Positions 1 through 8,678 of a stretch of 64,000 bases of DNA are shown here, in pieces. The position numbers and the translations under genes are program-made. The stretch comes from an uncultured Candidatus Binatia bacterium (lineage in GTDB: Bacteria > Desulfobacterota > Binatia > UBA9968 > JAJDTQ01). The stretch lies in assembly GCA_965242525.1 (NCBI GenBank), contig OZ251459.1, positions 3,424,001 through 3,488,000 of the forward strand. The letters run 5' to 3'. Below the pieces are notes generated by a model, which worked only from the letters and a program-made list of their open reading frames with translations, did no database searches and was not told the origin of the DNA. The first letter of the stretch is position 1; each line of letters starts with the position of its first letter.

Positions 1-511
1 GGTCCACGTGGGCCTCGGGGAGCTTCACGTCGGGGAACTCCCGCTCCATGAACTTGGTGTCGAACACCGAGCCGTTGAAGGTCACCAGGCAGGCGGCCCG
101 GGACAGCAGGCGGGCCAGCGCCGCCTTGCTGCCGCCCCGGACGTGGCAGTAGTACTCGTCGGCCAGGCCGACGCCCACGATGGTGACGTAATCGTAGTAG
201 ATGCTCAGGCCGGTGGTCTCCACGTCCAGGAACGCGGTGGACCGGGGCAGGGTCAGGGCGATGCGGTAATGCTCCCGCCGGGGCAGCCGACGGGCGAAGA
301 AGTCCATGTCCCCCCGGGCCAGGGCGGCGCGGGATTCGGCCAGTTCGGACAGCAGGGCCGGGACCGACCCGGCCTCCCGGGGCCAGGGAAAGCCTGCCTG
401 GGGGAAAGAGGCGCGTTCGAGGTCGTCCCAGGTGCGTATCCCCTGTTCCCAGAGCGCCCGCTCCTTCCTGGCCCCGATCCCCGGTAGGTGGATGAACGTG
501 GATTCCAGCAC
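1..511 (-). CDS. RNase H-like / DEDD exonuclease domain protein (YprB-like), 3'-truncated by window edge
   Basis: Not in ORF track. Minus frame from GTG at 511 reads MLESTFIHLPGIGARKERALWEQGIRTWDDL...AFLDVETTGLS...LVTFNGSVFDTKF (DxETTG and TFNGxxFD exonuclease motifs) and stays open to position 1. Confidence 0.8.
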   Translation of the reverse strand, partial: MLESTFIHLPGIGARKERALWEQGIRTWDDLERASFPQAGFPWPREAGSVPALLSELAESRAALARGDMDFFARRLPRREHYRIALTLPRSTAFLDVETTGLSIYYDYVTIVGVGLADEYYCHVRGGSKAALARLLSRAACLVTFNGSVFDTKFMEREFPDVKLPEAHVD

Positions 512-528
512 ACCCGGCTATTCCTCGG

Positions 529-1053
529 CTATTCCTTCAGGAGGCGTTGTATCTCGCTCTCCATCTCCGCGTAGCCCCCCTCGCCGAAACGGGTGTAACG
601 GACCACGCCGCCCTTATCGACGATGTGCAGCGTGGGCCAGTAGCGGGTGCCGTAGCGTTTCCAGGTGGCGAAGTCGTTGTCCAGCGCCACCGGAAACTCC
701 ACGCCCAGCCGCTTGCAAGCCTTCCGGACCTTGTCCGGGTCGTGTTCCCAGGCGAACTCCGGCGAGTGGATGCCCACCACCAGGAAGCCCTGGGGTCCAT
801 ATTTCTCGTGCCAGCCCGCCAACTGCGGGATCGTGTTGGTGCAGTTGATTCAGCCGTAGGTCCAGAACTCGATGAGGACCACCTTCCCCCGCAGGTCCTT
901 CAGGCGCAACGGCTCCGAGTTGATCCACGTCTCGTTGGTGAACTCCGGCGCCTCCTTGCCCAGCAGGGAGGCCCCGGCCCCGCCGGCAGCCGCCAGCGCC
1001 AGGAACCCCGCAAGGGCCGCAAGCGCGAGTATCCGCATCCCGGATTGCTTCAT
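529..1053 (-). CDS. Exported redoxin (TlpA/DipZ-like thioredoxin fold) with in-frame UGA, probable selenoprotein (UxxC)
   Basis: ORFs 850..1053 and 529..822 share one frame. Junction reads EFWTYG-TGA-INC-TNTIPQL, so TGA (850-852) sits at the first Cys of the CxxC motif. N-terminal signal peptide; GIHSPEF and RYWPT motifs. Confidence 0.88.
820..847 (-). promoter_or_regulatory. Candidate bacterial SECIS hairpin
   Basis: On the minus strand, 2 nt after the UGA: CAACTGC-N14-GCAGTTG, a perfect 7-bp stem. Confidence 0.5.
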
Positions 1054-1318
1054 GTGTCCGTACCTCCGACGCCATTATGCCGATCTTGCGGCACGGAAAC
1101 AATCCCCATGCGCGGCCCGACCCGGCGCGGGCGGGGGCCATGCGGGTCCTCGGGCAGACCGGGGGCCGCGGAGGCCGGAAGGCGCTGGAAACCCCGTATG
1201 CCTTGCTGCATAATGATCGACCGCGCGGCGAGAAAGGAGAGGGCCGTTTCCCCCTGACGGGTCGCCGGTCCACCCGCGGTCGGCCCCGCGTGCGGCGGTC
1301 CCTGGAAGGAAAGTACGA

Positions 1319-2227
1319 ATGCTCTACGACTATGTGGCCCTGCCGGACCGCCCGCGGCTGCGGTGGCCCGGGGGCGCGCGGGTGGCGCTCGTCTTCACCA
1401 TCAACGTCGAGTACTGGGAGATGACCCGGGAGGGCGCGGAGCCGCTCTATCCCGGAGGTCCGGCGACCATCCCCCACGTGCTTCCGGGCAACGTCCCCGA
1501 CTACGCCAACTGGACTTGGCGGGAGTACGGCCAGCGCGTGGGGGTCTGGCGCATCATCGACGCGTTCGACAAGGCGGGCGTACCGGCCACCTGCACCATG
1601 AACGCGCTGACCGGCATCGAGCGCCGCCGCATCATCGACGCCGCCAACGAACGCGGCTGGGAGATCCTCGCCCACAACTACGCCCAGAACGACGTGCTGA
1701 CCGGCTACGCCAACCGCCCGGACGAGGAGCGCGAGGTGATCCGCCGGACCCTGGACGTCTATGCCGACGTGGTGGGCCGACCGGCCCGGGGCTGGCTGTC
1801 GTCGTCCCTCCGCAGCACCCACGAGACCCCGCACATCCTCAAGGAGCTCGGGCTGCTGTTCCAGTCGGACTACCTGAACGACGACCAGCCCTACCTGCTC
1901 CACACCCGCCACGGCCCCCTGGTGTGCATCCCCTATTCCAACGACGTGAACGACTTCGCCGTCTTCTCCCGGGGCGGACGGACCACGTCCCAGGCGCTGG
2001 AGCTCTTCGAGGAGCAGTTCGACCAACTCTACCTCGAAGGCGAAGAGACCGGACGCATCATGAACGTGGGCCTCCACCCCCACGTCATGGGCCAGGCATA
2101 CGCCGTCCGGGCCCTGCGCGAGTTCCTCGACTACGCCAAGAGCTTCGAGGGAGTGTGGTATCCCAAGCGCGAGGAGATGGCGGAATGGTACCTGGAGCAG
2201 CAGGGATCGGCACCGGGGCGCGGCTGA
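1319..2227 (+). CDS. Polysaccharide deacetylase family protein (PuuE/allantoinase-like)
   Basis: RLRWPGGARVAL..NVE, WREYGQRVGVWR, LNDDQPY, GLHPHVMGQ motifs. Confidence 0.88.
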   Translation: MLYDYVALPDRPRLRWPGGARVALVFTINVEYWEMTREGAEPLYPGGPATIPHVLPGNVPDYANWTWREYGQRVGVWRIIDAFDKAGVPATCTMNALTGIERRRIIDAANERGWEILAHNYAQNDVLTGYANRPDEEREVIRRTLDVYADVVGRPARGWLSSSLRSTHETPHILKELGLLFQSDYLNDDQPYLLHTRHGPLVCIPYSNDVNDFAVFSRGGRTTSQALELFEEQFDQLYLEGEETGRIMNVGLHPHVMGQAYAVRALREFLDYAKSFEGVWYPKREEMAEWYLEQQGSAPGRG

Positions 2228-2264
2228 CGCCCGCGGGCGCCGGCCCGGCCCGCACGGAGGACGC

Positions 2265-2398
2265 ATGGAACCGTATCGAGTCGCGTTGATCCAGCAGCAG
2301 ACCCGGGTGATCGTGGAGCCGAAGCAGCGCAACCGGATCGTGGACGCAAGATCATCGACCGGCTGGTGCGAGAAGGAAGCCTGGTGAAGCCCGAATGA
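2265..2398 (+). pseudogene. Internally deleted gene relic, nitrilase-superfamily-like N-terminus
   Basis: GGAGG RBS then MEPYRVALIQQQTRVIVEPKQRNRIV, fused out of frame to GRKIIDRLVREGSLVKPE*, whose stop overlaps the next ATG (ATGA 2395-2398). Confidence 0.5.
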
Positions 2399-3840
2399 GG
2401 CGGCGCGAAGCCGACGTGGTGGTGGTGGGCTACGGCGGCGCCGGCGCGGCCGCGGCCATCGCCGCGTGCGACCGCGGCGCCCGGGTCCTCATCATCGAGA
2501 AGGAGGCCCATGGGGGCGGCAACACCCGGCTCTCGTCCGGCTCGGTGCGGACCTTCGGCGCAGTGGAGCGGGCGGTGGAGCACGTGGCGTTCCTGTGCGG
2601 CGGCGCCACCGACCCGGAGGTCATCGAAGCCCTGGTGCGGGAGAGCGGCCACAACGAGTCGTGGCTGCGCTCCCTCGGGGGCGAGGTGCGCGTGGACCCG
2701 CTGCACGCCCCGCCCGCAAGCTATCCCATCTATCCTTCGGGTGCGGCGTCACCCGGGCAGCCGGGAGCGGACGGGGTGGGACCGCGGCTGCGGGTGGCCG
2801 GCCCGGCCACCGCCAACGGGCGCGACCTGTGGGCGCTGCTGGCCCGGAACGTGGAGGCGCGGCGCATCCCCGTGCTCTGCCAAAGCCCGGCCGCGCGGCT
2901 CTTGCGCGGTCGGGACGGCGCGGTCAACGGGGTGCTCGTCCGGGACCCCGGAGGCGACCTCCGCATCCGCGCCCGCAAGGCCGTGGTGCTCGCCTGCGGC
3001 GGCTACGAACGGGACCCCGACATGCAGGTCCAGTTCCTGGGCCAACGGTACGAGACCCTGGGGGCGCCGGGCCACACCGGGGACGGCGTGCGCATGGCCG
3101 CGGACGCGGGCGCGTCCCTGTGGCACATGAACGCGGTGGCCGCGGGCTTCGGCTACCGGGTGGACGGGTTCGACTGCGCCGTCATCCACGCCATGCCGGA
3201 CCCGGGGTTCATCTACGTGGACCGAAGGGCGCGCCGTTTCGTGGACGAGACCGCCATGGACGCCCACGCGGTGGGCTCGCTGGTGGCGGAACTGGACATG
3301 GAGACCATGGAGCGGCCCCGGGTGCCGTCCTTCGTGGTCTTCGACGAGCGCACGCGGCTGGCCGGCCCGGTGGGCAACACCGAACGGGGCGCCGCTGCCG
3401 AGCTGTATCGGTGGAGCGAAGACAACGCCGCAGAGGTCGCCCGGGGCTGGATCCGCACGGGCGCGACCCCGGGGGACTTGGCCGACGCTCTGGGACTCGA
3501 CCCGGGAGCCCTCGAACGGACCGTCCGGGAATACAACTTGGCGTGCGCCCGGGGGCGCGACCCGGACCTGGGGCGCGCACCGGCCACCCTGCGGCCGCTG
3601 GAGCGCAGTCCGTTCTACGGCGCCGCGCTGTGGCCCTCCCTGTTCAACACCCAGGGCGGCCCCCGGCGCAACGCCCGGGCCCAGGTGCTGGACGCCTGGG
3701 GCAAGCCCATCCGGGGGTTGTACGCCGCGGGCGAACTCGGCTCCCTGTGGTCCCGGAACTACCCGGGCGCGGGCAACCTGACCGAGGCCCTGGCTTTCGG
3801 CCGCATCGCCGGCCGCAACGCCGCGTCCGAGGGCGGGTGA
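2395..3840 (+). CDS. FAD-dependent oxidoreductase (FAD_binding_2; fumarate reductase/ketosteroid dehydrogenase-like)
   Basis: DVVVVGYGGAG Rossmann motif, GGNTRLSSG, VVLACGG, TGDG, NTQGG, GLYAAGE, FGRIAG. Confidence 0.9.
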   Translation: MRRREADVVVVGYGGAGAAAAIAACDRGARVLIIEKEAHGGGNTRLSSGSVRTFGAVERAVEHVAFLCGGATDPEVIEALVRESGHNESWLRSLGGEVRVDPLHAPPASYPIYPSGAASPGQPGADGVGPRLRVAGPATANGRDLWALLARNVEARRIPVLCQSPAARLLRGRDGAVNGVLVRDPGGDLRIRARKAVVLACGGYERDPDMQVQFLGQRYETLGAPGHTGDGVRMAADAGASLWHMNAVAAGFGYRVDGFDCAVIHAMPDPGFIYVDRRARRFVDETAMDAHAVGSLVAELDMETMERPRVPSFVVFDERTRLAGPVGNTERGAAAELYRWSEDNAAEVARGWIRTGATPGDLADALGLDPGALERTVREYNLACARGRDPDLGRAPATLRPLERSPFYGAALWPSLFNTQGGPRRNARAQVLDAWGKPIRGLYAAGELGSLWSRNYPGAGNLTEALAFGRIAGRNAASEGG

Positions 3841-4054
3841 CGGCACAGGAACCCGGGCCGCGATTGGCCGGCGCTTGCAGGCGGCGACCGCGGGCGGTAC
3901 GGTAATGACGGGTCCTTCGACTTCGCTTCGCTACGCTCAGGACGAACGGGGAGCGTTGTACGGAGTTTCCCTGATCTTCGGGTCGTTGTAAGAGTTTCCC
4001 CTGATCTTCGATCCGGTCATCGGTCGGTCACACCCCTGAGGAAAGGAAAACACC

Positions 4055-4597
4055 ATGCACACCATCGGCAATATCGGAAGCAGGGTCAAGGCGGCAGGGA
4101 CGGCCCTTGCGCTGGGTCTCGTGGCGGTCTGCGGGCTTGGCGCATCCGCCGCGGACGCGGCCTCGCTGGAGGACCGGAACCGGGCCGTGGTCCTGCGCTA
4201 CATGCAGGAGGTCATCAACGAACGCAAGCTGGACGTGCTGGACGAGGTCATGGTGGAGGACTGGATCGCCCACAACCCCACCGAACCCAACGGCAGGGAG
4301 AACCTGAAGAAGTTCTTCGCGGGCATGTTCCAGCAGTTCCCCGAGATCCACGCCGACGTGAAGCGGGTCATCGCCGAAGGCGACCTGGTGGTGGTGCACG
4401 CGCACTACACCGGACGCAAGCAGGACCGGGGCAACGACTGGGCCAAAGGCTCCGGAGCGAACGTGGACATCTTCCGCCTGGTGGACGGCAAGATCGTGGA
4501 GCACTGGGACGTGGGCCAGCGCCCCATCCCGGAAAAGTCCGTCAACGGCAACAGCATGTTCGACGGCGGCGCGCTGTACAACTACCGCCGCCCATGA
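4055..4597 (+). CDS. Exported SnoaL-like/NTF2 family protein
   Basis: Signal peptide; RVIAEGDLVVVH and VDIFRLVDGKIVEHWDV motifs; AAGGA RBS. Confidence 0.88.
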   Translation: MHTIGNIGSRVKAAGTALALGLVAVCGLGASAADAASLEDRNRAVVLRYMQEVINERKLDVLDEVMVEDWIAHNPTEPNGRENLKKFFAGMFQQFPEIHADVKRVIAEGDLVVVHAHYTGRKQDRGNDWAKGSGANVDIFRLVDGKIVEHWDVGQRPIPEKSVNGNSMFDGGALYNYRRP

Positions 4598-4738
4598 AGC
4601 GCCGCCCGCTCCGCGAACGGGGGACACGAGGGACTACAACTATCCCCCGTTCGTCCTGAGCGTAGCGTAGCGAAGTCGAAGGACGCGCTTTCCCATAGGG
4701 AGAAGGAAATCAGGAGAGCCGAGCCGCAAGGAGCCGCG

Positions 4739-6226
4739 TTGGAATCCATCGAATTCGTTGACACGACCCTGCGTGACGGCCACCAGAGCCTGTGGGCCGA
4801 GTCCATGCGCACGGGCATGATGCTGGCGGTGGCGGACCGCATGGACCGGGCCGGCTTCCGGGGCATGGAGCTGATCTCCAGCTCCCACATCAAGAAATGC
4901 GTGCGGGAGCTGCGCGAGGACCCTTGGGAGCGTGTGCGGCTGGTGGCCGGGCGGATCCGGGAGACGCCGCTCCGGGTCATCATCGGCAGCCGCAACGGAT
5001 TCGAGCTCACGCCGGAATCCATACAGCGCATCTTCCTGGAGCGGATGGCGGCCAACGGCGTCCGCCAGGGCCGCATCTCCGACGAGTGGAACGACCCCGC
5101 GGGATGGCGCAAGACCGTGCGCATGGCCCGGGAAGCGGGGCTCGAACCCATCGTGAACATCATCTATTCCGTGTCTCCCAAGCACACCGACGAGTACTAC
5201 GCGGAGCGGGCGCGGCAGGCGGCCGCGCTGCCGGTGGCGCGGCTGTGCTTCAAGGACCCGGGGGGTCTGCTGACGCCGGAGCGTACCCGCGCGCTGACGC
5301 CGCTCATCAAGGAGCACGCCGGCGGCCTCCCGTTGGAGTTCCACACCCACTGCACCACCGGCCTGGGACCCCTGTGCTGCCTGGAGGCCGTCGAGCAGGG
5401 CGTGCGCATGGTCAACACCGCGCTGCCGCCCCTGGCCAACGGCTCGTCCAACCCGTCGCTGTTCAACGTCGCCGCCAACCTCCGGAGCCTGGGCTACGCC
5501 ACCGCGGTGGACGAGGACGCGCTGCGGCCCGTGTCCGAGTACTTCACCGCAGTGGCCCGCCGGGAAGGGCTGCCGGTGGGCGCGCCCGTGGAGTACGACT
5601 ACAACCAGTACCTGCACCAGGTGCCCGGGGGAATGATCTCGAACCTGCGCCACCAACTCGCGCGGGTGGGCCTCGGGGACCACATGGAAAGGGCCCTGGA
5701 AGAGGTCGTGCGGGTGCGGGAGGAACTGGGTTATCCCATCATGGTCACGCCCCTGTCCCAGTTCGTGGGAAGCCAGGCGGCCATCAACATCATCCTCGGA
5801 GAGCGCTACCGGGAGGTCACCGACCAGGTGATCCTCTACGCCCTGGGGCGCTGGGGCCGCGAAGGCAGCGACTCCATGGACCCGGACCTGAAGGACCGGA
5901 TCCTCTCGTCCCCGCGCGCCCGGGAACTGGCCGCGTGGCAGCCGCCGGAACCCACGGTCCGGGAGTTGCGGGCCAAGTACGGCGGCAGGTCCGACGAGGA
6001 GTTGCTGCTGCGGTACTTCCTCACGACGGACGAGATCGACGCCATGCGCGCCGCGGGCAGTCCCCGGGACTACCCCTTCGACGCCGCCACGTCCGCGCGC
6101 GCGGTAGAGCGGTTCGCCCGCCGGCAGGACTATTCGCACATCCGTGTCCGCAGCCGCGGCTTCGCCCTGAACCTGTCGCGGCAACCTCCCTCCGCGGAAA
6201 GTGGATTCCCGCTTTCGCGGGAATGA
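4739..6226 (+). CDS. Carboxyltransferase of the pyruvate carboxylase beta / oxaloacetate decarboxylase alpha family (no biotinyl domain)
   Basis: DTTLRDGHQSL, FKDPGGLL, HTHCTTG, HQVPGGMISNL, LGYPIMVTPLSQFVG. The last residues (SGFPLSRE*) are encoded by a family-A repeat. Confidence 0.88.
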   Translation: MESIEFVDTTLRDGHQSLWAESMRTGMMLAVADRMDRAGFRGMELISSSHIKKCVRELREDPWERVRLVAGRIRETPLRVIIGSRNGFELTPESIQRIFLERMAANGVRQGRISDEWNDPAGWRKTVRMAREAGLEPIVNIIYSVSPKHTDEYYAERARQAAALPVARLCFKDPGGLLTPERTRALTPLIKEHAGGLPLEFHTHCTTGLGPLCCLEAVEQGVRMVNTALPPLANGSSNPSLFNVAANLRSLGYATAVDEDALRPVSEYFTAVARREGLPVGAPVEYDYNQYLHQVPGGMISNLRHQLARVGLGDHMERALEEVVRVREELGYPIMVTPLSQFVGSQAAINIILGERYREVTDQVILYALGRWGREGSDSMDPDLKDRILSSPRARELAAWQPPEPTVRELRAKYGGRSDEELLLRYFLTTDEIDAMRAAGSPRDYPFDAATSARAVERFARRQDYSHIRVRSRGFALNLSRQPPSAESGFPLSRE

Positions 6227-6688
6227 CGATGTGGGGCGTTTGCGGGAATGACGGGGCAGGCGCCTGCAGGAATGATGCAGGCAGGCGTCCGCAGGAATGA
6301 CGTGCGGTGGGTGCCTGCGGGAATGACGAGGCAGGCTCCTGCGGGAATGATGCGGGCAGGCTCCTGCGGGAATGATGCGGGCAGGCTCCTGCGGGAATGA
6401 TGCGGGCAGGCTCCTGCGGGAATGATGCGGGCAGGCTCCTGCGGGAATGATGCGGGCAGGCTCCTGCAGGAATGACGTGCGGGCAGGCGTCTGCAGGAAT
6501 GACGTGCGGGCAGGCGTCTGCAGGAATGACGCGGGGTGGGCGTTTGCGGGAATGACGCGGCAGGTGCCCGCGGGAATGACAGGGTAGGCGCCTGCGAGAA
6601 TGATGCGGTGTGGGCGTCTGCGGGAATGACGGGGCATGCATCGCGGACGTCCACACCGTCATTCCCGCGAAAGCGGGAATCCACTTTC
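6197..6688. repeat. Family-A REP-like palindromes in inverted orientation enclosing 16 tandem half-site units (24-27 bp period)
   Basis: 32-bp perfect inverted pair at 6197-6228 and 6657-6688. Core GC(G/A)GGAATGA(C/T) at about 6242, 6266, 6291, 6317, 6341, 6366, 6391, 6416, 6441, 6466, 6493, 6520, 6546, 6570, 6594, 6620. Five identical 25-mers at 6341-6465. Confidence 0.95.
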
Positions 6689-6754
6689 TCAACTCACCGA
6701 ATGGCGTTCCTTCCCTCCCTCGTAGGGGAGGGAATCACCACCTCCTCCTCTTAT

Positions 6755-7068
6755 CCCCGTTCGTCCTGAGCGTAGCGAAGCGAAGTCGAAGGACGCGCTC
6801 TTCCTCCGGCAGACCGGGGTTTCCTGGCGCTGTATGGATTCCCGCTTTCGCGGGAATGACGAGGGTGTGGCGTATGCGGGAATGACAAGGTGGGGCTTTC
6901 GCGGGAATGACGGGGGCAGGCGTCTGCAGGAATGGCGCGGTGTGGGCGTATGCGGGAATGACGGGGCAGGCGTCTGCGGAGCAATGACCCCGTAAGTCCA
7001 ACCGTTCGTCCTGAGCGTAGCGGAGCGGAGTCGAAGGACGCGCCCTTCCTCCGGGAGGTCGGAGTTTC
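6755..7068. repeat. Family-B palindrome, second family-A REP with 5 half-site units, family-B palindrome
   Basis: B copies at about 6756-6798 and 7002-7043; A copy 6835-6860 followed by cores at about 6876, 6901, 6926, 6952, 6976. Confidence 0.9.
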
Positions 7069-7896
7069 CTAGTGCTGTCTGCCGACCAGGCGGGCCGCCA
7101 GGGAGACGAAGAAGAGCGCCACCGCCACCAGCACGATGGCGCCGCCTGCGGCGAGGTCGAGTCGATACGCCAGCACGAGGCCCACGACGCCCGAGAGCGC
7201 GCCGATAGACCCGGCCAGCAGCACCTGCCACCGGAAGTTCGCCGCCCACAGGGCCGCGATGGCGGCCGGCACCACCAGCAGGGCCTGGATGAGCAACAGG
7301 CCCACGAGCCTCACGCCGATGACCACGGTGAGGGCCAACAGGACCAGCAGCAGCACGTTGAGCAGCAGCACCTTGTGGCCGTAGGCCATGGCCACCTCTT
7401 CGTCGAACGCCACCAGCAGGTGCTCCTTGAAGGTCAGCGCCATCACCGCCATGATGAGCGCGCTGACGCCAGCCAGGACCGTGAGCTCCCCGGAGGAGAT
7501 GGCCAACACGTTGCCGAACAGGTAGCTGAAAAGGTCCTGCTGGTAGCCGCTCTTCATGCTGAACAGCACGATGCCCAGAGCCATGGATCCCGAGAAGAAC
7601 ACGCCGATGACCGTGTCTTCGCTGATGTGGTCGCTCCGGCTGACCAGAGCGATGCCCAGAGCCACGGCGACGGCGAAGACGGCGCCGGTCACGAGGGGGT
7701 TCCAACCGGCCAGGATGCCGATGGCGACGCCGCCGATGGCCGAGTGGGAGACGCCCACGCCGATGAACGCGAGACGGCGCAACACCACGAAGAAGCCCAG
7801 TATGCCGCACAGCAGTCCGATGAGGACGGCCGCGGTCAGGGCGCGCTGCATGAAGGCGAAATCGAGCATGTGGGCGGCGGGCGGCGGCCCGGTCAC
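7069..7896 (-). CDS. znuB: Zn/Mn ABC transporter permease
   Basis: FMQRAL...LGFFVVLRRLAFIGVGVSHSAIGG, YLFGNVLAI, FDEEVA; start overlaps the ATPase stop. Confidence 0.88.
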   Translation of the reverse strand: MTGPPPAAHMLDFAFMQRALTAAVLIGLLCGILGFFVVLRRLAFIGVGVSHSAIGGVAIGILAGWNPLVTGAVFAVAVALGIALVSRSDHISEDTVIGVFFSGSMALGIVLFSMKSGYQQDLFSYLFGNVLAISSGELTVLAGVSALIMAVMALTFKEHLLVAFDEEVAMAYGHKVLLLNVLLLVLLALTVVIGVRLVGLLLIQALLVVPAAIAALWAANFRWQVLLAGSIGALSGVVGLVLAYRLDLAAGGAIVLVAVALFFVSLAARLVGRQH

Positions 7897-8678
7897 GCTT
7901 GGCTATGACGGTCCTCGTGGTGGGTGAGCTCGCCGGCCAGGAAGTCGAACTCGCAACAGTAGGCTTCGCGGATGGCGTGGCTGTGGATCACGTCTTCGGC
8001 GTTCCCGTGGATATGCATTCGCTGGTTGATGCAGATCAACTCGTCGGCCTCGCCCGCCAGGGCCACGAGGTCGTGGGACACCGCCACGATGGTGAGGGTG
8101 AGGTCGCGCATGAGCTTTCGCAGCAGGGCATAGAACTCTTGCTCCGCGGGGAGGTCGAGTCCCACCGTGGGCTCGTCGAGGATCAGCAAGCGGGTGCTGG
8201 CGCACAATGCCTGGGCCAGGATGACCCGGCGCTGCTCGCCGCCGGACAGCCGCCCCACAGGGCGGCCCTTGCGATCCAGCATCCCCACCAGGGCAAGGCT
8301 GTCGTCCACCCGGCGCCAATCCCTGCGTCTGGGGAACCCCGCGGTCCCAAGGTCCCGGAACCGTCCCATCATCACCACGTCGGCGACGGTGGCCGGGAAG
8401 TTGCCGGGGATGCTCTGGCGTTGCGGCACGTAGCCGATGGCGTGGGAACGGCTCCGGCCCGGCGGGTAGCCGAACACCTCCACGCGGCCCCGCGCCGCAG
8501 ACACCAGGCCGAGGACCGCGCGCAAGAGCGTGGTCTTGCCCGCGCCGTTGGGTCCCACGATCCCCACGAACTCGCCTTCGTGCACGTTGAAGTCGATGTC
8601 GTGCAGCACGCTGTGTCCGCCGAGCTCCACCGACACGCCGCTCAACCCCACCGCCACCTGGCGCTCGTCCCGGCTCAA
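7893..8678 (-). CDS. znuC: Zn/Mn ABC transporter ATPase
   Basis: GPNGAGKTT, IGYVPQR, LSGGEQRR, LILDEPT, SHD. Confidence 0.9.
   Translation of the reverse strand: MSRDERQVAVGLSGVSVELGGHSVLHDIDFNVHEGEFVGIVGPNGAGKTTLLRAVLGLVSAARGRVEVFGYPPGRSRSHAIGYVPQRQSIPGNFPATVADVVMMGRFRDLGTAGFPRRRDWRRVDDSLALVGMLDRKGRPVGRLSGGEQRRVILAQALCASTRLLILDEPTVGLDLPAEQEFYALLRKLMRDLTLTIVAVSHDLVALAGEADELICINQRMHIHGNAEDVIHSHAIREAYCCEFDFLAGELTHHEDRHSQA

Noticed and set aside
3954-4010. About 28-bp direct repeat as an independent element
   Set aside because: It contains GAGTTTCC, a MITE right end, so it is best explained as a duplicated end of the adjacent B-carrying element.
6197-6688. CRISPR array
   Set aside because: The constant part is only 11 bp, linkers are 13-16 nt and similar or identical to each other, there is no leader or cas gene, and units derive from the REP arm.
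4640-7001. Repetitive ORFs (IIPAGACPHHSRRSLPASFPQEPAR etc.)
   Set aside because: Translations of the non-coding repeat array, antisense to a real gene, with no RBS or domain.
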